Below are positions 59,701-64,000 of a stretch of 64,000 nucleotides of DNA, one piece after another. Made by a program: the position numbers and the translations under genes. The stretch comes from a virus (lineage: Duplodnaviria; Heunggongvirae; Uroviricota; Caudoviricetes). The DNA lies in IMG/VR virus record IMGVR_UViG_3300005077_000002, positions 64,001 through 128,000 of that record; one strand, written 5' to 3'. Below the pieces are notes generated by a model. The model had not been told where the DNA came from and did no database searches. It saw only the letters and a list, made by a program, of their open reading frames with translations. Each line of letters begins with the position of its first letter. Position 1 is the stretch's first letter.

Positions 59701-62700
59701 TATGCTTGATAAATGTAATCCAGGACGTATTCTTTTGTCTGAGCTCCGCCTTTCTTAATATACTCCTTAATCATGGCCCGTAAATCACTACCACTGGTAT
59801 CTCCAGTTGTGTGTCTTATTGGTACTTGGGATAATACATCAGAAAAAGACCTCTCATCGATACCACCCTTAGTAACTATTTTTAGTTTAACAGAAGTCGG
59901 ATCTATTTTTCCGTTCTCCTGATTAAGATCTATGGAAGTAATTATAAAATCATTATTAGGAGCCAGCACTTTGTTTATAGTATACCACCGTACAATGGCC
60001 CTGGTCTTAATAAGATCAAGTATATCTTTGCGGGTCGCTTTTGTATGTTTAGTATCAGACTTTTTGGCCATGACCTGTTCGAAGGCTTCCAGGTTTTTTA
60101 TTACTTGGTCAAATGTTCCAGGCAAAGCACGGCGGGCATGTTCAGATAACTGAGCTTTATCAATGGTACCTTTGAATTTAGTGTAGAATTTCTCGAAATC
60201 TGACTTATAGTCTTTTAGATCGTTCGCGGTAAGCGCGCCAGTCATGCCTGCCATATACGCGTAAGCTTTTTCCTGGAAGTCATCCACTAGTTTGTAATCA
60301 GCTACAATGGAATCATCTCTATCATGGTCCACATAAGGAAATGCCGGACCCATGATCTGATGATCACTATACCTTTCACTGACTGATGGTAGAGCAAAAT
60401 CAGGATAATTGCTGGTAGATCCGTTAACTATCAGATTTCTTATAGCTCCGTGCACATTTCCGAGGGTTGCTAATTCTTGATTATTGAAATATGATGTATT
60501 ATTAGTACTGGACCGGTAACCAAGTAATGAAGCAAAAGATGGTTTAATCATAATCATTTTTGTTAGATTAAGCCTCTTTTTGGAAAACAAGACATCTACC
60601 ATAGTTTGGGTACCTATTCCAAACTCATCACTACGTTTGTCTTTGTTATTGTAATATTCCATAATAGAATTTACACGCTGTTCAATACTTGTACCGCCCC
60701 ACTGTTTAAAGTATTCGCCTACATAATTAACATATCTATCATAGGCACCCACATACTCGTATAATGCAGTTGTATCACCTTTGAAATCTTCTGCAGCAAG
60801 GGTAGATAGTATTTCATAGTATACCAAATTTACTCTGTTCATTATTTTATTACGCACGAAATCCGTAATAAATATGTTTTCTTTGCCATATGAATCATAA
60901 AATATAATATCGTAAGCAGTACTGGCGTCTCCAGCAAGTTTAAAGATGTTAGCACTATTCTCGTATACTAATGGAACCGTAGTGCCAACTACAGAATAAT
61001 CGGAAACATCAAGTTCAGGGTAATAATTTAATTTACCCATATTCCGTATTAATCTAGAATTGTTATTTACACCTGGATATGATGACGCGGCTGCTGCCAT
61101 AGACCACCACGATGCTGTTGAGCTGGCAGCTGCAGGATTAAAGTACTTAAAAATTCCTTCTGGGCCAATCCCGTACTTTTGACTTATGTACAACGACAGA
61201 AAGTGATAAAGATCATCCAGCACTTTACTCGTATCATATTGTTCCCATTCCATGAAAGGAAAAAGTACATTGGCCGCTTTAGCAATCTGCTGCTGATCAG
61301 CTTGTGCGGTAAGAAACAATGAATTGAATTTAGACAGAGCAACGTCATCCTGCAGCAGTTCGAGATGAATATTATTCCAGCCAGGACTGCCTTCTATATT
61401 AGATTGGGAAAACCCGCGCATTACCATATATCTTACACCAAGCGCTGACAGCAAATTACCATTATTCATTATTTCAATACGGTGTGTAATATCGTTAAAA
61501 CCCCGTTCTTTGGATAACTGTTCACGAATTATCATACCTGCAGAAGACTGAATGTCATTTAGAAATCGAACTAACAAATCTCCATATGATTTCAAATCAA
61601 TAGATATACTCCATTCCCCACTACCCAAATGCTGGTAAGTCGGTAGTGTATAACCATTTACTGGAACCGGGGTAAGTTTATTACGGTATGTCATGGATAT
61701 TCCAGCAATGACATTGTCTTGGTTGTCCCCTTTGCCAAGTATAAGATTTGAAGACGAGAGACCTTTTTGTGATGTGATTGCCGGACTTTTACTGTGTATC
61801 TCCGATAATGCATAGGCAGCCATATTAGTAATAAGGTTTTCTAACGAAACAACATTATCAGATTCACCCTCCAGAACTTTTGCAGTTGTGTACTTGTCAT
61901 AAAGTTTCTCCATGAACTCTATAACTGTTGTTGTCCCTGGACCATTTAAACTATTCAGATAGATTTTATTAGCTTCCAGGAGTGGCGATATTTCCTGCAT
62001 GTTAATCGTGGACTGTGATAACTCTATAGTTTGCTTATACAAATCTTGGTATAAATATACCATATTACGAATATCTTTGAACAAAGCTTCTATTTTAAAT
62101 TTAATACCAAGATCTATGTGTTTATCTAGAAACTTGAATCCAGTTACTTTAACTAATCCAGCGAGTTGATTAATGTTCGAATACATACTAGAAATATTGT
62201 CAATATTATTAGCAAATCTTAATTGCCTAAGCTGTACAGAATTTGTGCTGTAATACTGCAGGTTGATATGTTGATCATCAGGATCGTATTCAGTTAGAGT
62301 AACAGGTGCACCACTGGTATATGAATCAGTGCCGTTTTGGTATTCGATCAATAAAGATCCATAGAACTTTGAGTACGGATATGACTCTGCCGGATCATCC
62401 GTAACTGCACTAACATTAGTATTTTGTGCTTTTTGTACTTTGATTTCGCTGCCGAATACGTCGCGTATATTGATACTATCACTAGTGACATCTGTCATCG
62501 TATAATTATACGAATTTCTGTATATAGAATATATCGAGTTATTTACGGCATCATTGGATGATTTCCAGAATTTGAATTTGCTTGTAAATGGCAAATGATT
62601 GAATACAAGAGCCGTTATGTGTACTTGTACTAATTGCGGGAATCCTGGTATTGTATTAACTGTAAGTGTGTCCAGGGCAACTGGAATTGGTGCAAACAAA

Positions 62701-63812
62701 TCTTCGTCGTTACCGTCTGTGATTGGGGTTATACCATCTTTTTTCATAACCTCCAATAGACTGCTGCGTACTGTAGTGTTTCGTATTATGGTAAACGGTG
62801 TTTGTCTGAACTGAGCTGCCAGTAGTCGTAACTGCAGATTTATTTTATCAACACCATTAACATAAAAACTCATATCAACTTTTACAACTGGAGCGCTATT
62901 AACAAGTTTAGGGTTACCGGCCATACGCAAAGCATCCACCGAGTAAATTTGATTTTGCTGGTGAACCCTTATATTGGAGGGCGGTATGTACAAATTGATA
63001 TCACCAATAACAGTTTGGCCTTCAATTGTTTGAACATGATTGGTAGTTGTTTTGATACCCTCGTTATAGGCTCTTAAATCATCTGAAGTATTTTTAGTAA
63101 TAGGCAGATTAAACGTCGTGTGTAATATACCATCACTTTTTATTATATCCAGTTCCTTACCCTTTACATAATTTTTAAAGTAAGATATGGCATCCTCTTT
63201 CTTAACATATCCAGGTATAAGTGGATCTAGGCCGGCTCGTTTGATATATCTAGCAGCATTTTCACTAAACTTTTCATTACTTGTATAAAGTTCCCGTTCC
63301 AAATTGGATGAATTATTAAACCAGTCAATACTTTTAATATGTCCAGTTAAATTAGCAAGTACAAGAGCTCTCCATTCTATTTCACTACCATTATACCTTC
63401 TAATTCTTTCTAACATATATTGTATCTGGCCTTTGTCCTGTAAAGTGGGCGGCAATATTTTTGTGATTTTATTTGCGTATGAATTTTTAAAATTGGATAC
63501 TAAAGTATTATTATCTTCACTACCAAATTTAATACTATTGCTTTTAGGATTAAATCTTTTCTTTGTTAAAGCTTCTGAAGCAGTAAATAGTTCTTCTTGA
63601 TCAGCAGTTACTTCAATATTTAGTGAACGTAACACTTCTCTCCATACCAATGGTAATGCCTGCCACACGCCAAGTGCTACACCTCGTGGAATATCCTTTT
63701 GTTTGGTACTGCTGTTATATTCAAAAGTATTTACAATACCACCGATTGCTTTATAGTTAGTATAACTTCTTGCTTCTACAGTTCTGATGGCGTTGATGAT
63801 ATCTATTTTCAT
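56772..63812 (-). CDS. Giant (2346 aa) baseplate hub / tail-distal fusion protein
   Basis: LDDFYNYNAIVSVDI...TAIIKLNN and GAPILIRGGYG....LPILFTG. C-terminal YQGTLTIIGDPSIKP...YDDVNQMWG..EVEQVVHSF...GFTTTITP is a gp27/gpD-type hub pattern. Confidence 0.7.
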   Translation of the reverse strand: MKIDIINAIRTVEARSYTNYKAIGGIVNTFEYNSSTKQKDIPRGVALGVWQALPLVWREVLRSLNIEVTADQEELFTASEALTKKRFNPKSNSIKFGSEDNNTLVSNFKNSYANKITKILPPTLQDKGQIQYMLERIRRYNGSEIEWRALVLANLTGHIKSIDWFNNSSNLERELYTSNEKFSENAARYIKRAGLDPLIPGYVKKEDAISYFKNYVKGKELDIIKSDGILHTTFNLPITKNTSDDLRAYNEGIKTTTNHVQTIEGQTVIGDINLYIPPSNIRVHQQNQIYSVDALRMAGNPKLVNSAPVVKVDMSFYVNGVDKINLQLRLLAAQFRQTPFTIIRNTTVRSSLLEVMKKDGITPITDGNDEDLFAPIPVALDTLTVNTIPGFPQLVQVHITALVFNHLPFTSKFKFWKSSNDAVNNSIYSIYRNSYNYTMTDVTSDSINIRDVFGSEIKVQKAQNTNVSAVTDDPAESYPYSKFYGSLLIEYQNGTDSYTSGAPVTLTEYDPDDQHINLQYYSTNSVQLRQLRFANNIDNISSMYSNINQLAGLVKVTGFKFLDKHIDLGIKFKIEALFKDIRNMVYLYQDLYKQTIELSQSTINMQEISPLLEANKIYLNSLNGPGTTTVIEFMEKLYDKYTTAKVLEGESDNVVSLENLITNMAAYALSEIHSKSPAITSQKGLSSSNLILGKGDNQDNVIAGISMTYRNKLTPVPVNGYTLPTYQHLGSGEWSISIDLKSYGDLLVRFLNDIQSSAGMIIREQLSKERGFNDITHRIEIMNNGNLLSALGVRYMVMRGFSQSNIEGSPGWNNIHLELLQDDVALSKFNSLFLTAQADQQQIAKAANVLFPFMEWEQYDTSKVLDDLYHFLSLYISQKYGIGPEGIFKYFNPAAASSTASWWSMAAAASSYPGVNNNSRLIRNMGKLNYYPELDVSDYSVVGTTVPLVYENSANIFKLAGDASTAYDIIFYDSYGKENIFITDFVRNKIMNRVNLVYYEILSTLAAEDFKGDTTALYEYVGAYDRYVNYVGEYFKQWGGTSIEQRVNSIMEYYNNKDKRSDEFGIGTQTMVDVLFSKKRLNLTKMIMIKPSFASLLGYRSSTNNTSYFNNQELATLGNVHGAIRNLIVNGSTSNYPDFALPSVSERYSDHQIMGPAFPYVDHDRDDSIVADYKLVDDFQEKAYAYMAGMTGALTANDLKDYKSDFEKFYTKFKGTIDKAQLSEHARRALPGTFDQVIKNLEAFEQVMAKKSDTKHTKATRKDILDLIKTRAIVRWYTINKVLAPNNDFIITSIDLNQENGKIDPTSVKLKIVTKGGIDERSFSDVLSQVPIRHTTGDTSGSDLRAMIKEYIKKGGAQTKEYVLDYIYQAYTEMIMLCNVEDPAAFTDFLGFTDVDSAGKRRILRETIIRSKSKGYSGSMYKAFPTVKIYFAKEDKAEWLLLDDFYNYNAIVSVDIVDSKLSATQTAIIKLNNLMNKLSSNAGMSLVSNTDTPIDWESMMLKVGAPILIRGGYGPDNSTLPILFTGAVTQIVPGEIMELTAQSWGVELTNPVDISREGMSFTTTSAERTMGSVILRILSGAKGLKHFGRWSPADIETHKISTLDQERAYWATWLTTFDFIAKWVAKDGDEKALQQFVNSIGRSAASATNSGLMSWGNPLYDNIYMSVEHETNYSLLKFATKEMVNVFSDKGQVTWKIFNQSIWDALWEIATVMGDFIVRPLPYNEVHLGLGLKPRMTLYFGPRDGYYKCMDDLSLAPAKYRKLSAEAVESLLTDNSKRLVNLPIFKFKQLISKMVIDLSRNVENWASQDFIDMAIDLFEGDDFKSNLYLILRNMIGQGLERVGGHLLEWLMFKSLYYPFADAKGLSMLLIDPWEHIKKAYPNGALDNFKFSSYYEQSLEFNEKWQVPELLIRDIKYITGARELYDDFLYGLTLAYNYDNWLYEDMGTIASKVETGNYQENMYGDSQTLRENLLGSKEFDSIFKEASLSGKTNENLYKPIVEHHFINSYESIIDNQIVATADNMFNRVEMMFPESPTIDPASYVAGRDKMYRYTPQLNPYLDPNYIRTYTSYQKNLRMNLFVHWLKNSSIDDRIKNKEKIYDFRNAMPVYTNVGNQILMNVAKPMYQGTLTIIGDPSIKPWHIIHLYDDVNQMWGPIEVEQVVHSFNPQTGFTTTITPNAVIFNRDLNSVWDTQYMDAFGSIDTTLAVAKGAKNLFGAISVGAIAKITGKWFKNLKVLGRDMTLAARGGPWAVAAYLAGGAVKDFIEAKYVGSLARAGFMAGWMPLTIVPLMYNGKPYLAGVEGAFWSTDVYSFMLGEAQNVVNTLDISMFHNLINPSNDFMVEAQE

Positions 63813-63998
63813 CTATATATCTCCGGGCATGCTTGGTTTTAACCTAAGCAATTTTGCCATTTTTATGGGATCAGCGAAATCTGTTTCAATAACATTTGGG
63901 ATAACCGTACTGTTGGTTTGTTCCATTAGTAATGCGGACAAATAAGATATAATGGTGTCAACATCAGTATCCGGATGAATATTATTTAATTCTATTTC
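63813..63998 (-). CDS. 3' end of an upstream late gene, truncated by the window edge
   Basis: Open frame ...IELNNIHPDTDVDTIISYL...KPSMPGDI*; its TAG abuts the ATG at 63812. Confidence 0.6.
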   Translation of the reverse strand, partial: EIELNNIHPDTDVDTIISYLSALLMEQTNSTVIPNVIETDFADPIKMAKLLRLKPSMPGDI

Positions 63999-64000
63999 GA

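Noticed and set aside
1-64000. Alternative genetic code (stop-codon reassignment)
   Set aside because: Genes up to 7 kb are open in code 11, and TAA, TAG and TGA each terminate genes directly before the next start.
1-64000. CRISPR array, DGR (RT plus TR/VR), integrase or IS element
   Set aside because: No regularly spaced repeats and no RT, transposase or recombinase motifs. The only long duplication (19864-20124) differs at synonymous sites, not specifically at adenines.

Overview
A 64-kb segment of a large lytic-type, contractile-tailed (myovirus-like, probably jumbo) bacteriophage genome, read in the standard bacterial code (TAA, TAG and TGA all end genes; GGAG-type RBSs; frequent TAATG/ATGA coupling). 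Two gene blocks converge on a bidirectional terminator at about 18.24-18.28 kb. The + block (1-18220) covers replication, recombination and nucleotide metabolism: CobT/CobS-like VWA + MoxR ATPase, PC4-like protein, XRE HTH, RecD2 helicase, DnaX-like clamp loader, Cas4-like Fe-S protein, sigma-r4-like HTH, RuvC, dUTPase, ThyX, half-size PnuC, NT5C-like HAD and DHH phosphoesterase. It also holds a variable patch at 11.1-12.6 kb with apparently frameshifted small genes and an aberrant tRNA-like RNA. The - block (18308-64000) is a late operon: giant baseplate hub, gp25-like wedge, baseplate J, a paralogous set of baseplate proteins, a lysis cassette (holin-like proteins, unusual spanin-like protein, Amidase_2), PhoH, a Vsr-like endonuclease and six fibre/tailspike genes. 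The most notable unexplained signals are: (i) a class-II tRNA-shaped RNA with no valid anticodon loop and a greatly enlarged variable arm; (ii) a recurrent sense-strand motif (T/G)TGACATA(T/A)CTA lying 21-23 nt before several start codons (candidate phage-specific promoter); (iii) a candidate single-chain spanin with inverted topology; (iv) an EF-hand-type loop inserted in the endolysin. All functional calls come from motif recognition by eye; no searches were run.
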